Part shown: positions 31,852 through 42,482 of the stretch, piece after piece | Layout of the letters: every line of letters starts with the position of its first letter | Numbering within the stretch: the stretch's first letter is position 1 | Source of the DNA: Eubacteriales bacterium | GTDB taxonomy: Bacteria > Bacillota > Clostridia > Oscillospirales > CAG-272 | Direction of reading: 5' to 3' | Assembly: GCA_045652135.1 (NCBI GenBank) | Contig: JAZRTS010000155.1 | Location: 1,765 to 65,764, forward strand | DNA length: 64,000 nt | Program-made: the position numbers and the translations under genes | The notes under the pieces: model-generated | What the model was told of the DNA's origin: nothing | Database searches by the model: none | Seen by the model: the letters and a program-made list of their open reading frames with translations, nothing else

Positions 31852-32286
31852 ATGGGATCTGTATGGTTCATATGGGCATCGCTTCTGGTGATGTTTGTCA
31901 TAATTGAAGTGGTGACACCTCAAATGACGACTATATGGCTCGCACTCGGCTCGCTTGTGTCGCTTCTGATATGGTGTGCGTTTCCTAATCTTGTTTGGGT
32001 GCAGGTCGTTGCATTTGTGGCAGTATCTGCCATTTCGCTTGCATTGACAAGAAAATTTGCACGCAAAATTATGAAGGGCAGCACTGAAAAAACGAACGCC
32101 GACAGATGCATAGGTCAAGAGGGAATCGTTGTTGAGGAGATAAACAATCTTCTCGGAAAAGGTCAGGTGAATGTAAAGGGTGTTATCTGGACGGCACGCT
32201 CGTCATCTGATGACGTTATTCCCGAAGGTACGCTTGTTACGATTGAAAAAATCGAAGGCGTGAAAGTTATTGTAAATAAAAAATAA
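31852..32286 (+). CDS. NfeD-family membrane protein (partner of the SPFH protein)
   Basis: N-terminal TM helices plus C-terminal OB-like GQEGIVVEEI...GQVNVKGVIWTARS. GAAGGAGG SD before the ATG at 31852. Confidence 0.85.
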   Translation: MGSVWFIWASLLVMFVIIEVVTPQMTTIWLALGSLVSLLIWCAFPNLVWVQVVAFVAVSAISLALTRKFARKIMKGSTEKTNADRCIGQEGIVVEEINNLLGKGQVNVKGVIWTARSSSDDVIPEGTLVTIEKIEGVKVIVNKK

Positions 32287-32303
32287 AGAAAGAGGTTTGT
32301 ATT

Positions 32304-33248
32304 ATGGGACCGGTATATATTTTAATAGCGCTTGCACTGTTTATTATTGTAGTGGCAATTGCCAACATTAAGATAGTGCCCCAGTCAAAGGCATTTGTAA
32401 TCGAAAGACTCGGTAGATATCACGAAACGTGGGAAACGGGACTTCATATAAAGCTTCCGTTCCTTGATAAGATACAGAAAATGGTATCTCTTAAAGAGCA
32501 GGTCGTTGACTTTCCGCCTCAGCCCGTTATCACGAAGGATAACGTAACGATGCAGATAGACACGGTTGTGTTCTTCCAGATAACAGACCCGAAGCTTTAT
32601 GCGTACGGCGTTGAAAATCCTATGGCGGCAATCGAAAATCTTACAGCTACAACACTCCGTAACATCATCGGTGATATGGAGCTTGATAATACGCTCACAT
32701 CACGTGATACGATAAACGCACACATAAGAGTTATACTTGATGAAGCTACAGACCCATGGGGCATCAAGGTAAACCGTGTTGAGCTTAAAAACATCATTCC
32801 TCCGTCCGAAATTCAGGATGCGATGGAAAAGCAGATGAAGGCGGAGCGTCAAAGACGTGAAGCCATCCTCAAGGCAGAGGGTGAAAAGGCAAGCCGAATT
32901 CTCGTTGCCGAAGGTCTTAAGGAAAGCCAGATTCTCGCCGCACAGGCTGATAAGGAAGCGCAGATACTCAGAGCAGAAGCTGTCAAAGAGCAGAAGATAA
33001 AGGAATCCGAGGGTGAAGCGCAGGCTATCCTCGCTGTTCAGAAGGCTATGGCAGAGTCTATCAGAATGATAAACGAAGCATCCCCTGAAGACGGTTACCT
33101 CACTATCAAGAAGCTTGAAGCGTTTGCAAAAGCTGCCGATGGTCAGTCAACAAAAATCATTATCCCCAGCGAGCTTCAGTCACTTGCAGGTCTTTGCGCA
33201 GGTGTAAAAGAAATAGTTACAGATACGGAAAATAAACAGCAAGCATAA
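32304..33248 (+). CDS. SPFH/band-7 (stomatin/prohibitin-like) protein
   Basis: N-terminal TM, PHB domain (VPQSKAFVIERLGRY...DNVTMQIDTVVFFQITDP), Ala/Glu/Lys coiled-coil tail. Confidence 0.92.
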   Translation: MGPVYILIALALFIIVVAIANIKIVPQSKAFVIERLGRYHETWETGLHIKLPFLDKIQKMVSLKEQVVDFPPQPVITKDNVTMQIDTVVFFQITDPKLYAYGVENPMAAIENLTATTLRNIIGDMELDNTLTSRDTINAHIRVILDEATDPWGIKVNRVELKNIIPPSEIQDAMEKQMKAERQRREAILKAEGEKASRILVAEGLKESQILAAQADKEAQILRAEAVKEQKIKESEGEAQAILAVQKAMAESIRMINEASPEDGYLTIKKLEAFAKAADGQSTKIIIPSELQSLAGLCAGVKEIVTDTENKQQA

Positions 33249-33252
33249 AAAA

Positions 33253-33298
33253 GGCGGCTCATTTCAGAAATTGTTTCTAAAATGAGCCGCTTTGTGTA
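33253..33298 (+). terminator. Terminator after the SPFH gene; a second hairpin (33313-33337) probably serves the convergent 33402-34664 gene
   Basis: GCGGCTCATTT...AAATGAGCCGC long hairpin + T-rich tract, then GGGAGTGCA-t-TGCACTCCC + TTTTTT. Confidence 0.6.
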
Positions 33299-33401
33299 TT
33301 TTTTAAAAATTAAGGGAGTGCATTGCACTCCCTTTTTTAAACAATTAATACTACAGTCAGTGACCGTATAATGTGTACCGTCGAATGATACGGACACTTT
33401 T

Positions 33402-34664
33402 TTATTCTTCTTCCTCTTCCGCTTCGGGCTTTTCATTTACCTTTACGGATATCTTTTCGGTTCTGTGAATGTCCATTTCAAGTACGGTGATGTCAAGATG
33501 CTCATACGAGAATGTGTCGTTTACATTCGGTACGTCACCAAGCTTTTCCATTATCCAACCGCTGAGAGAAATGCTTTCTTCATCGGGCTTTAGCTCGAAA
33601 AATTCAAAAAATTCTTCCGTAGTTATTGAACATTCTACGGTATAAGTGTTGTCGCCCGTTTTTATGAAGCTTTCAACAACCTCGTCGTGTTCATCCCATA
33701 TTTCACCGACAAGCTCCTCAAGTATGTCCTCCATTGTGACAATACCGAGCGTTCCGCAATACTCATCAAGTACCACGGCAACGTGGGATTTTTCTTTCTG
33801 GAGCGTTTTCAAAATGTCGTTTATCTTATCAGACTGCTGAACGAAAACCGGGGCTGACATTATTTCGGATACACTCTCAGGTGATATTGCACCGTCTATG
33901 TAAAAATCCTTCTGGTGGATGACGCCCACGATGTTGTCAATACTGTTATCGTATATAAGCAAACGCGAAAATTTCGTTTGTGAAAACTTTTCTGCAATTT
34001 CCTGCTTGTCAGCATCGATTGAAACCGCTTCAAGGTCCATTCTGTGTGTAAGGATTTCTTCAGCCTTGAGATCGCGGAACTCGATAGCGCTTCGTATAAG
34101 CTCACCGCTGTTGTCATCAATGCTTCCTTCCTGCTGAACCTCCTCAACAAGCATAAGCAACTCTTCCTGCGATATTCCCTGACTTTCTTCGATTTTAAAG
34201 ATTTTCGAAAGCAGCTTTTTCCACTGTGCGAAAATGAAATTGAGCGGTGTCAAAACTATTATAAACACATTTATAAGAGGGGCAGAGAACATTGCAAATT
34301 TTTCCGGTGAATCCTTTGCAAGGCTTTTCGGCGATATTTCACCGAAAATAAGAACCACGACGGTGATTACGGCTGTTGAAACGGTTGCGCCTATGTCACC
34401 GTACAAGCTTATGAACAAAACCGTTGCAATAGATGCCAAGCTGATGTTTACGATGTTGTTTCCTATAAGTATTGCCGACAGAAGCTTGTCATAGTTGTCG
34501 GAAAGCTTTAAGACGAGCTTTGCACGCTTGTTGCCTTTTTCAACAAGTGTCTTTATTCTTGTTTTGTTAAGGGAAGAAAACGCTGTCTCCGTTGCGGAAA
34601 AGTATGCGGAAAATAATACCAGAATTACCATCACGATAATTTGCGGTATACTGTCGGTGGTCAT
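33402..34664 (-). CDS. CNNM/DUF21-CBS-CorC_HlyC family transporter (TlyC/CorC-type hemolysin-like protein)
   Basis: DUF21 membrane domain (FSAYFSATETAFSSLN), CBS pair, C-terminal CorC_HlyC domain. Confidence 0.9.
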   Translation of the reverse strand: MTTDSIPQIIVMVILVLFSAYFSATETAFSSLNKTRIKTLVEKGNKRAKLVLKLSDNYDKLLSAILIGNNIVNISLASIATVLFISLYGDIGATVSTAVITVVVLIFGEISPKSLAKDSPEKFAMFSAPLINVFIIVLTPLNFIFAQWKKLLSKIFKIEESQGISQEELLMLVEEVQQEGSIDDNSGELIRSAIEFRDLKAEEILTHRMDLEAVSIDADKQEIAEKFSQTKFSRLLIYDNSIDNIVGVIHQKDFYIDGAISPESVSEIMSAPVFVQQSDKINDILKTLQKEKSHVAVVLDEYCGTLGIVTMEDILEELVGEIWDEHDEVVESFIKTGDNTYTVECSITTEEFFEFFELKPDEESISLSGWIMEKLGDVPNVNDTFSYEHLDITVLEMDIHRTEKISVKVNEKPEAEEEEE

Positions 34665-34940
34665 AATAAACTCCTTTTTTTATTTGAACTCATTGGACTT
34701 TACAAACGCAAAAAGGCACGCCTGCAAACAGAATTTCTGCGTGCAGGTATGCCTGATATTCCACTATAAAATACTACAATCGCCGTCGGCTGAGTCCATA
34801 ATTAGTAAAAAATCCTCAATTCATTAAATTAATTGCTGTGTTGATGCGCATTATATCATAAAATATATGCTTTGTCAACTGCATTTAAAACAGTTAATTA
34901 AAAATTTACTATTTCACACAAAGCGACTTATGAATAACGC

Positions 34941-36233
34941 TTATTTGCAAGCGTCGGGCATATATTTTCTGAAATACGAAAGCTTTACGCAGATGCAAAC
35001 GATGTGTATTGCAAGTGCCAATTCCTCGTCAGACGGATACGTGGGCGCAAGACGAAGGTTTTTGTCAGAGGGGTCTACACCGTATGGGAATGTTGAGCCT
35101 GCCTTTGTCAGCGTAACACCGGCTTCTGCCGCAAGGTCGTATGTTGCCTTTGCAAGTCCGTCTGCTGTGTTAAGGCTTATAAAGTAACCGCCCCTCGGTC
35201 TTACCCAGCTTGCAATACCTGTGCTGCCAAGCTCATTTTCAAGTGCTGAAAGAACGATTTCAAACTTCGGACGGATATGACGTGCGTGAAGCTTCATATG
35301 ATCAAGAATTCCTTCGGCATTCTTGAAGTACCAAACGTGACGGAGCTGGTTTATCTTGTCAGAACCGATAGTCTGAACTGTCAGTATGCTCTTTATCTGC
35401 TCGCGGTTGTTATCGCTTACAGCCATAAGCGCAACACCTGAGCCGGGGAATGAAATTTTTGATGTTGAGAAGAACATGAACAGCTTATCTTCGTTTTCAG
35501 TACCCTTGATAAGATCGAAAAGATTGAGAAGCTTGTCGCCCTCGTCTTCAATATCGTGTACCGCATACGCATTGTCCCAGAAAATTCTGAAGTCTTTTGC
35601 GGCTGTTTTGAGATTTGCAAAACGGCGTACTGTTTCATCGGAATACGTAATACCGTCGGGATTTGAATACTTAGGTACGCACCAGATACCCTTGATGGAT
35701 GCATCTTCCGCTACGAGCTTTTCAACCATATCCATATCGGGGCCCGTAGGTGTCATAGGTACGTTTACCATTTTGATGCCGAGAGATTCGCAAATTGCAA
35801 AGTGTCTGTCATAACCGGGAACAGGGCAAAGGAACTTTACCTCAGGTAAACGGCACCAAGGTGTTTCAGAACCGTATACGCCGTAAAGCATCGCTCTTGC
35901 CAGTGTGTCATACATCATATTAAGGCTGGAGTTACCGCCGAGGATTATGTTGCCTGCGGGAATGTCAAGAAGCTCAGCAAACATCTGTCTTGCTTCGGGA
36001 AGACCGAACAAAAGACCGTAGTTTCTGCAGTCTGTTCCGTCCTGCGTGCGGCACTGTTCGCTTTTGTTAAGTACACCGAGCAAAGATTCTGTTAAATCAA
36101 GCTGTTCTGTATTCGGTTTACCGCGGGACATATCCAAAGAGAGTTTTTTTGTTTTTATTTCTTCGTATTCTGCAAGCAGAGCATTATATTCCTTGCGTGC
36201 TTCATCATTTGTCATGTTGATATATTTTGCCAT
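34941..36233 (-). CDS. PLP-dependent class I/II aminotransferase
   Basis: 430 aa. SRGKPNTEQLDL N-terminal block and FFSTSKISFPGSG (PLP-lysine motif). Confidence 0.8.
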   Translation of the reverse strand: MAKYINMTNDEARKEYNALLAEYEEIKTKKLSLDMSRGKPNTEQLDLTESLLGVLNKSEQCRTQDGTDCRNYGLLFGLPEARQMFAELLDIPAGNIILGGNSSLNMMYDTLARAMLYGVYGSETPWCRLPEVKFLCPVPGYDRHFAICESLGIKMVNVPMTPTGPDMDMVEKLVAEDASIKGIWCVPKYSNPDGITYSDETVRRFANLKTAAKDFRIFWDNAYAVHDIEDEGDKLLNLFDLIKGTENEDKLFMFFSTSKISFPGSGVALMAVSDNNREQIKSILTVQTIGSDKINQLRHVWYFKNAEGILDHMKLHARHIRPKFEIVLSALENELGSTGIASWVRPRGGYFISLNTADGLAKATYDLAAEAGVTLTKAGSTFPYGVDPSDKNLRLAPTYPSDEELALAIHIVCICVKLSYFRKYMPDACK

Positions 36234-36472
36234 ATCTGAGCCAAGCCTTTCAAATTTTTATAATTAAATGTAATTAATATAAAACATTTCATCTACATTT
36301 CGACTTTATATTATACAATATATCCTTTTATTTTTCAATACCTAAATTTGAACTTTTTAATAAAACGCACACTTTTTTATTAAAATATGCAAAGTACGCA
36401 TACTGTATCTTGCATTTTGTTTTATGCTGAAAGTGTTAAGCCTAAAAATATGATAAATTTCTCAAAAACCTA

Positions 36473-36501
36473 TTGACAAACCGAATTAAATGTGATATTA
36501 T
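36473..36501 (+). promoter_or_regulatory. Promoter of the tRNA-Gly/Arg/His operon
   Basis: TTGACA (36473-36478), 17-nt spacer, TATTAT (36496-36501). Confidence 0.5.
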
Positions 36502-36525
36502 ATTCGGGTAAGGTCAAAAGCCTAT

Positions 36526-36599
<74 letters not shown>

Positions 36600-36606
36600 T
36601 TTTTAT

Positions 36607-36683
36607 GTACCCATAGCTCAGCCGGATAGAGCAACTGCCTTCTAAGCAGTAGGTCGGGGGTTCGAATCCCTCTGGGTACGCCA
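36607..36683 (+). tRNA. tRNA-Arg (anticodon TCT)
   Basis: Acceptor GTACCCA/TGGGTAC, anticodon loop CTTCTAA, T-loop TTCGAAT, CCA encoded. Confidence 0.92.
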
Positions 36684-36686
36684 GAT

Positions 36687-36764
36687 GGTGGATATAGCGC
36701 AGTTGGTCAGCGCGTCAGGTTGTGGCCCTGAAGGTCGTCGGTTCGATCCCGATTATCCACCCCA
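36687..36764 (+). tRNA. tRNA-His (anticodon GTG) with encoded G-1
   Basis: Extra 5' G before acceptor GTGGATA/TATCCAC, anticodon loop TTGTGGC, T-loop TTCGATC, CCA encoded. Confidence 0.92.
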
Positions 36765-36767
36765 CAC

Positions 36768-36797
36768 AAGCAAGTCCGAAAGGGCTTGCTTTTTTTG
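36768..36797 (+). terminator. Rho-independent terminator of the tRNA operon
   Basis: AAGCAAGTCC-gaaa-GGGCTTGCTT + TTTTTT. Confidence 0.85.
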
Positions 36798-36837
36798 CAC
36801 TTATAAGAAATACGGGCTGTGAACAGCCCGTATTATA

Positions 36838-37530
36838 TTATTCAAGAATAAGCTCATTTGTTTCTGCGAATGCAGATGCGGTGATGCCTTTCGGAAAAAC
36901 GTATTTTGCTCCGCACGTCGAACACTCTAAAACGAGTGATTCGCCGTCGAATGTCAGCTGCGGCGTACATGTACAGTTGTTTTCGTATAATCCTGTTATT
37001 GTCAGCATATCTTCGGGGTTATATAATTCTTCGCCTTTTTCCGTACACGCACACTTGATCTTACCGTCTGCGGCAAGCTCTTTTATCGTGAGAACTATAC
37101 CTGCTATCTCCGAAATATCGGGAATTTCATCATATTCTTCTGTTTCGCCGAACAAATCTTCGGGGGAGGTGTCAAGCAATTCGGAAAGCTCATCAAGCGT
37201 CTTGTCTATTTCCTCTGCAACCTCATTTTCCTTGCCCGTAAAGCAGATATCAACGCCTGAATATCTGCAGTTGAGATAAAACATTTCACCGGAAAAAATA
37301 ACGGATTCGTTTACCGTATACGTATGATCTGTTCTGCAAACGAAGCAGGGAACGGTTATGCGTATTTTTTTGTCTGATGAATATTTAATTGTCATTTCGC
37401 TTTTTTTGCAAGGACATTTTATTTTAAGCATTTCAGCATTGAGCGCAAAGACACCGACAATGCTTTTTATTGCGCCTCCGCAGTGCGGACAGCGGTATGC
37501 TATTGTTGTTTCTTTCGGTTTAATTATCAT
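36838..37530 (-). CDS. Hypothetical zinc-ribbon protein
   Basis: CPHCGG...CPCKK, CFVCRTDH and CSTCGAKY Cys pairs with a central acidic segment. Lies 12 nt downstream of ogg, probably co-transcribed. Confidence 0.65.
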   Translation of the reverse strand: MIIKPKETTIAYRCPHCGGAIKSIVGVFALNAEMLKIKCPCKKSEMTIKYSSDKKIRITVPCFVCRTDHTYTVNESVIFSGEMFYLNCRYSGVDICFTGKENEVAEEIDKTLDELSELLDTSPEDLFGETEEYDEIPDISEIAGIVLTIKELAADGKIKCACTEKGEELYNPEDMLTITGLYENNCTCTPQLTFDGESLVLECSTCGAKYVFPKGITASAFAETNELILE

Positions 37531-37542
37531 TTTTTTCTCCTG

Positions 37543-38424
37543 TTATGTATCGGCTTTTACATATCTTTCGTAATAAAATAAATACTGCTGTGCAATTCCC
37601 GCATAATCTCCGAGCGATGCGATATCGAGGTTTCCGTCATAATATTTGTCAATGACCTTTTTTATCCATACGTCAACGGGAAATGCGTTGTATTTTTCGC
37701 CTGCAAATAAAAGCACGCAGTTTGCAACCTTTTCGCCGATTCCCTTGACGGTTAAAAGCCTTTCCTTGGCGTCGTTGTATGAAAGTGTTGCAAATCCATC
37801 AAATGTTCCTGCCTGCCACTTTTCGGCGCAGTCTATAAGATATTTCGCACGGAAGCCTGTTTTAAGCTCCTTCAACCCCTCCTCACCGCATAAAAGAAGC
37901 TGTTCGGCTGACGGAAAATCATATCTCGTCTTCCCGTCAAAGCATTCGATTTTATTTCCGCATTCAGCTGAAAGGGAGGCAATTATCTTTTTAATTCTCG
38001 GAATGTTGTTATTCTGTGATATGATAAATGAGCATAACGTTTCCCAAAGCGGCTGTGTGAGTATGCGTATTCCACGTGACACACTTTCGGCTTCTTGTAT
38101 TACCCCTGTCGGAAAATGAGCAAAAATATCTTCGTTTATTTTACCGTAATCACGGTCAAGTCCGAGATAATGGGCGAGTGATGAATAAAAGTTGTTTTCA
38201 TCACAGCCGTATATACGAATCTTGTCATCACTTTGTACAAAATAAAGGTACATTCCGCAGGCAATACCTGCAATACCGCCCTCGCACGGATCAAAACGGA
38301 ATGTCTGTCCGCAGTCGAATATTTTGTAAATATCGAAATATTCCGGACGATCAAATTCGACGTACTGACCTATTGAATCGGTACTTTTTGTAACGTTTGG
38401 ATAAAGTGTCTTTTGCATAGTCAT
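37543..38424 (-). CDS. ogg: 8-oxoguanine DNA glycosylase/AP lyase (OGG1-type HhH-GPD)
   Basis: OGG_N-like FDCGQTFRF. HhH-GPD LLTVKGIGEKVANCVLLFAG...AFPVDVWIKKV with the catalytic Lys and Asp positions conserved relative to OGG1. Confidence 0.85.
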   Translation of the reverse strand: MTMQKTLYPNVTKSTDSIGQYVEFDRPEYFDIYKIFDCGQTFRFDPCEGGIAGIACGMYLYFVQSDDKIRIYGCDENNFYSSLAHYLGLDRDYGKINEDIFAHFPTGVIQEAESVSRGIRILTQPLWETLCSFIISQNNNIPRIKKIIASLSAECGNKIECFDGKTRYDFPSAEQLLLCGEEGLKELKTGFRAKYLIDCAEKWQAGTFDGFATLSYNDAKERLLTVKGIGEKVANCVLLFAGEKYNAFPVDVWIKKVIDKYYDGNLDIASLGDYAGIAQQYLFYYERYVKADT

Positions 38425-38489
38425 AAATTTTACCTTGACATATTTAAAAAAATTGCTTATAATTAACTAAATAAAATTTGGAGTGGAAT

Positions 38490-39185
38490 ATGAAAGAACA
38501 AATATATACAATCCCGGTCACAGAAACGGTTGACAAAATAAACGAGGGCGGAGAATGTACGTGCCTTCTTTGCTCGCTTTACAAGAAACTTGAAGATGAT
38601 GAACTTAATCTTATTCTGGGAGCTTCGATGATGGAGCCCGATATAAGAATAAGAACCAACAAAGAGGGTTTTTGCCGTAAGCACTTTGATATGATGCTGA
38701 CGATGAAAAACAAGCTCGGGCTTGCTCTTATGCTTCAAAGCCATATTGATGAGGTGCGTCATACGATATTCCCGAAGGAGGGGTTGTTTTCACCGAAAAA
38801 CAAATGTGATGCATCGCTGAAGCCTCTTGAGGAACATACAAAAAGTTGCTATATCTGCAATAAGGTGGATTTCCACCTCGGAAAAATGGCAGAAACCATT
38901 GTGTATTTGTGGGAACATGAGGAAGAATTCGCAAAGAAATTTTCTAAAATGCCTTATTTCTGCGTTGAACACTACAGACTTCTTTTGCAAACAGGTGTTT
39001 ATAAGCTACCCAAAAATAAACAAAACGATTTCTATACGGCTGTTTCGTCTATACAGAAAGCATATATTGACAGTCTTTATGATGATGTCAGCTGGTTCTG
39101 TAAAAAGTTCGATTACAGATTTGAGGACGAGCCTTGGGGAAATGCCAAGGATTCGTGTGAGCGCGCAGTCAAATTCTTATCTTAA
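38490..39185 (+). CDS. Hypothetical Cys/His-rich protein (probable Zn-binding)
   Basis: GECTCLLCSLYKKLE, FCRKHF, KSCYICNKVDFH, YFCVEHY motifs. Start moved to the ATG at 38490. Confidence 0.65.
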   Translation: MKEQIYTIPVTETVDKINEGGECTCLLCSLYKKLEDDELNLILGASMMEPDIRIRTNKEGFCRKHFDMMLTMKNKLGLALMLQSHIDEVRHTIFPKEGLFSPKNKCDASLKPLEEHTKSCYICNKVDFHLGKMAETIVYLWEHEEEFAKKFSKMPYFCVEHYRLLLQTGVYKLPKNKQNDFYTAVSSIQKAYIDSLYDDVSWFCKKFDYRFEDEPWGNAKDSCERAVKFLS

Positions 39186-40609
39186 TAATATTTTGCGGGG
39201 AAGTTTTTGTCAAAGAACTCTCCGCTTTCTTTTTCGTATTTTTCCTTATACTGCTCAAATGTCATATCACCCTTGACGATCGATGCGTAAGCACCCATCG
39301 TGTATTTGTTTATGCTTGCATAAGCACCTGAGAAAATATATCCGAAATCGTAGTTTACGTTCTTGGTTATGATGTGAAATGCAGTTACGGCGCTGTTATC
39401 TCTTACGAAATGATTCATATTTGTGTCGATATATTTTTGTATCATATATCCGCTTGATGCAGCATTGAGTGCCATTATGACAGCCCCAAGCTCCACTGCG
39501 CTTCCGGAGGTGGCAGGGATAGAGAGTGCGACGGAACTAAGCGAGGCGAATGATGTATATTCGCTGTCCTCATTGTATTTAGGATGCGGCGCGATACTCC
39601 ATACATCTTCCATATTTGCAAACTTTTCGGCTTTTGCAAGGGAGTCCGTGAGGAAAAGCACGTTTCCTTTAGTAAAATCTTCGTTTTCGACGGGAGAAAA
39701 TTCTAAAAGTGCTCCAATACTGCTGGAAACGTTTTTGAATTTTTCATCAAATGATGAAAGCCTTACGGGAGTATCTACTTCATTTTTTGAAAATGAAAAT
39801 GATGAAACCAACAGAATATCGCTGTATCTTGCATCCGCATTGTTACAAACAACCGTTCCTTCGTATGACGATGCGCTTTTTAAATATTCATAAAATTTAT
39901 CAAGTGTCCATTTGCCTTTTTTAACAAGCTCTGATACAGATTCGAGTCCGAGTGATTCTATGTCAGTTCTGTTGTAGTACAATCCGCTTAATTTATCGGG
40001 TTCAAAGCAACCGTCGCCGGAAACTGCGAAAACGTCGTTACCGAGAGTAAAAGCGTCAACCGCGGAATTAAAATACTCTGCATTTTCATCGAAATAAGGG
40101 CTTGTACGGAGAGATTTCAGGTATCCGCCGGCAACGAGAGATGCTGTAACGTCCATAGGTAATGCGAATATGTGTCCGGGGGCAGTACCTGTTTTATATT
40201 CTGCGGCAATTTCGTCAAATGCTGAGGCAGGTGATGTTTTCACAGTTCTGAACGTAAGGTCGAATTTTTCCTCAACCTTTCTTATTCTCGCTATTCTGTC
40301 GGAATTCAAAACCGTTTCACGTCCGTCACCGCTGAAAAACGTGTCGTCAGTGGTGTATATTGATACTACTTCGTGTTCAAATGATAAGTCGGGAATCTTG
40401 TCGAGAAGAAATTGTGCCCTTTTTTCAAGGTCAACGGTGGATGCGGGCTTTTCATCCTCATCCTCCGTTACATTCTGCGTTTGTGTATCAACGTCGGTTA
40501 TTTCATCTGTCTGTGAGCCTTTTTTCTCGTTTACAACGATAAGACCGCACGACTGAAAAAGCACTGACAATATAAGAAGTAACGATACTATAAAACGCTT
40601 CATTTTCAT
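39182..40609 (-). CDS. Lipoprotein resembling ABC-transporter extracellular solute-binding proteins (orphan)
   Basis: Start moved to the ATG at 40609 (MKMKRFIVSLLLILSVLFQSCG lipobox). The size and general composition suggest an SBP-like protein, but I could not identify a diagnostic motif, so the family is tentative. Confidence 0.6.
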   Translation of the reverse strand: MKMKRFIVSLLLILSVLFQSCGLIVVNEKKGSQTDEITDVDTQTQNVTEDEDEKPASTVDLEKRAQFLLDKIPDLSFEHEVVSIYTTDDTFFSGDGRETVLNSDRIARIRKVEEKFDLTFRTVKTSPASAFDEIAAEYKTGTAPGHIFALPMDVTASLVAGGYLKSLRTSPYFDENAEYFNSAVDAFTLGNDVFAVSGDGCFEPDKLSGLYYNRTDIESLGLESVSELVKKGKWTLDKFYEYLKSASSYEGTVVCNNADARYSDILLVSSFSFSKNEVDTPVRLSSFDEKFKNVSSSIGALLEFSPVENEDFTKGNVLFLTDSLAKAEKFANMEDVWSIAPHPKYNEDSEYTSFASLSSVALSIPATSGSAVELGAVIMALNAASSGYMIQKYIDTNMNHFVRDNSAVTAFHIITKNVNYDFGYIFSGAYASINKYTMGAYASIVKGDMTFEQYKEKYEKESGEFFDKNFPAKYY

Positions 40610-40821
40610 AACCGACCCTTTAAAATTAATTCTCTTTATATTATACCTATTCAAAAGAATAAAATCAATATATAATTCTTTAATTTTCAGTACAATAAAT
40701 TCACTTTGGGACGAGCAAAAATATGAAATTTCGATATTAAAATCAATAAAGACACACTATGTTAATAATTATGTGGTATAATACAATTTACAAATTTATA
40801 GGAACAAAAGGAAATCTGAAA

Positions 40822-41550
40822 ATGCTCAGACTTGAAAATATATCTTGGAGTACACCTGACGGTGTTAAAATACTTGACGGACTTTCTTTATCCGTCAAGG
40901 ACAATGAACTGACTGTTATCACAGGCCCTAACGGCGGTGGAAAGACAACGCTTGCAAAAATAATTGCAGGAATTGAGAAACCAACATCCGGCAGAATTTA
41001 TCTTGATGACATTGATATAACAGACAAAGACGTTACAGAAAGGGCGAAAATGGGTGTAAGCTTTGCATTCCAACAGCCCGTGAGATTCAAGGGAATAACT
41101 GTAAGACGTCTTTTGGAGCTTGCGCACGGCGGTAAAATGCCCGAGGATGAAATTTGTAACGTTTTAAGCCGCGTGGGACTTTGCGCGCGTGAGTATACGG
41201 AAAGAGAAGTGAATGCCACACTTTCCGGCGGTGAGATAAAGAGAATAGAAATTGCCTCTGTTCTTGCGCGTCACACAAAGCTGTCTATATTTGACGAACC
41301 GGAGGCGGGAATTGACCTTTGGAGCTTTACAAATCTTATCAAGGCGTTTGAACAGATACGTCAGACGCTTGAAGGCACGCTTATGATAATATCCCATCAG
41401 GAGAGAATACTGAATATTGCCGACACCATTGTTGTTGTAGGCGGAGGTACTGTCCAGAGAATGGGAAGCCCTGCAGAGCTTAATGATGAGCTTTTCGGCG
41501 GCAGATTCACTATTGCATCTTGCAGAAAACAGGAGGCGCTGTTTCAATGA
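40822..41550 (+). CDS. sufC: SufC-like Fe-S cluster assembly ABC ATPase
   Basis: Walker A GPNGGGKTT, LSGGEIKR, Walker B LSIFDEPEAGID, H-loop ISHQ. Start moved to the ATG at 40822. Confidence 0.8.
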   Translation: MLRLENISWSTPDGVKILDGLSLSVKDNELTVITGPNGGGKTTLAKIIAGIEKPTSGRIYLDDIDITDKDVTERAKMGVSFAFQQPVRFKGITVRRLLELAHGGKMPEDEICNVLSRVGLCAREYTEREVNATLSGGEIKRIEIASVLARHTKLSIFDEPEAGIDLWSFTNLIKAFEQIRQTLEGTLMIISHQERILNIADTIVVVGGGTVQRMGSPAELNDELFGGRFTIASCRKQEALFQ

Positions 41551-42464
41551 ATGATATAGCAAAAAAACTGCTTGAGGAGGTCGCTGATTTCAGTGGCGAA
41601 TTCAAGGGCGCATACAATATCCGTGTTGACGGAACCTGCGCAGGCAGACAAAGCAGTGAGAATATAGATATACAGAACAAAGAGGATAATCCGGGACTCG
41701 TTGTAAGAATCCGTCCCGGTACAAAGAAAGAAACTGTTTCGATACCTGCCTGTGTTACACAGGGCGGCGTGGACGACCTTGTTTACAACGACTTTTTCGT
41801 GGGAGAGGATGCCGACGTTACTATTGTTGCAGGTTGCGGTGTTCACACGGAAACGGGCGAGGCGGCAAGACATAACGGTATACACAGATTTATTCTCGGT
41901 AAAGGCTCAAAGGTTAAATACATTGAAAAGCACATCGGTACGGGCGAGGGCAACGGCACTCGCACTATAGACCCCGTAACGGAAATTATAATGGGCGAGG
42001 ATTCAACGCTTGAAATGGATACAGCACAGATAGGCGGTGTTGACAAGTCTTCCAGAACGACGACGGCTGTACTTGAAAAGGGTGCAAAGCTCCTTATCAG
42101 AGAAAGACTTCTGACGGAGTATTCGCAGTATGCCGAAACCGATTTCAAGGTTGAACTTAACGGCGAAGGCTCAGGCGCTGACGTTATATCACGTTCGGTT
42201 GCAAAGGATAACTCCCATCAGGTGTACCGTTCCATAATCATCGGAAACGCGCCGTGTACGGGACATACGGAATGTGATGCAATAATCTCCGAAAACGGTG
42301 TTGTTGATGCAACGCCCGGACTTTTTGCAAGAAACGAGGATGCGGCACTCATTCACGAAGCTGCAATAGGAAAGATAGCCGGTGAGCAGATACTTAAGCT
42401 CCGCACGCTCGGAATGACAGAGGAAGAAGCACAGAACACTATAATACAGGGATTTTTAAGTTGA
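41547..42464 (+). CDS. SufB/SufD-family Fe-S assembly protein
   Basis: C-terminal LIHEAAIGKIAGEQILKLRTLGMTEEEAQNTIIQGFL typical of SufBD. The ATG overlaps the sufC stop (ATGA). AGGAGG SD. Confidence 0.8.
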   Translation: MNDIAKKLLEEVADFSGEFKGAYNIRVDGTCAGRQSSENIDIQNKEDNPGLVVRIRPGTKKETVSIPACVTQGGVDDLVYNDFFVGEDADVTIVAGCGVHTETGEAARHNGIHRFILGKGSKVKYIEKHIGTGEGNGTRTIDPVTEIIMGEDSTLEMDTAQIGGVDKSSRTTTAVLEKGAKLLIRERLLTEYSQYAETDFKVELNGEGSGADVISRSVAKDNSHQVYRSIIIGNAPCTGHTECDAIISENGVVDATPGLFARNEDAALIHEAAIGKIAGEQILKLRTLGMTEEEAQNTIIQGFLS

Positions 42465-42482
42465 CGTTATACGGAGGTAAAA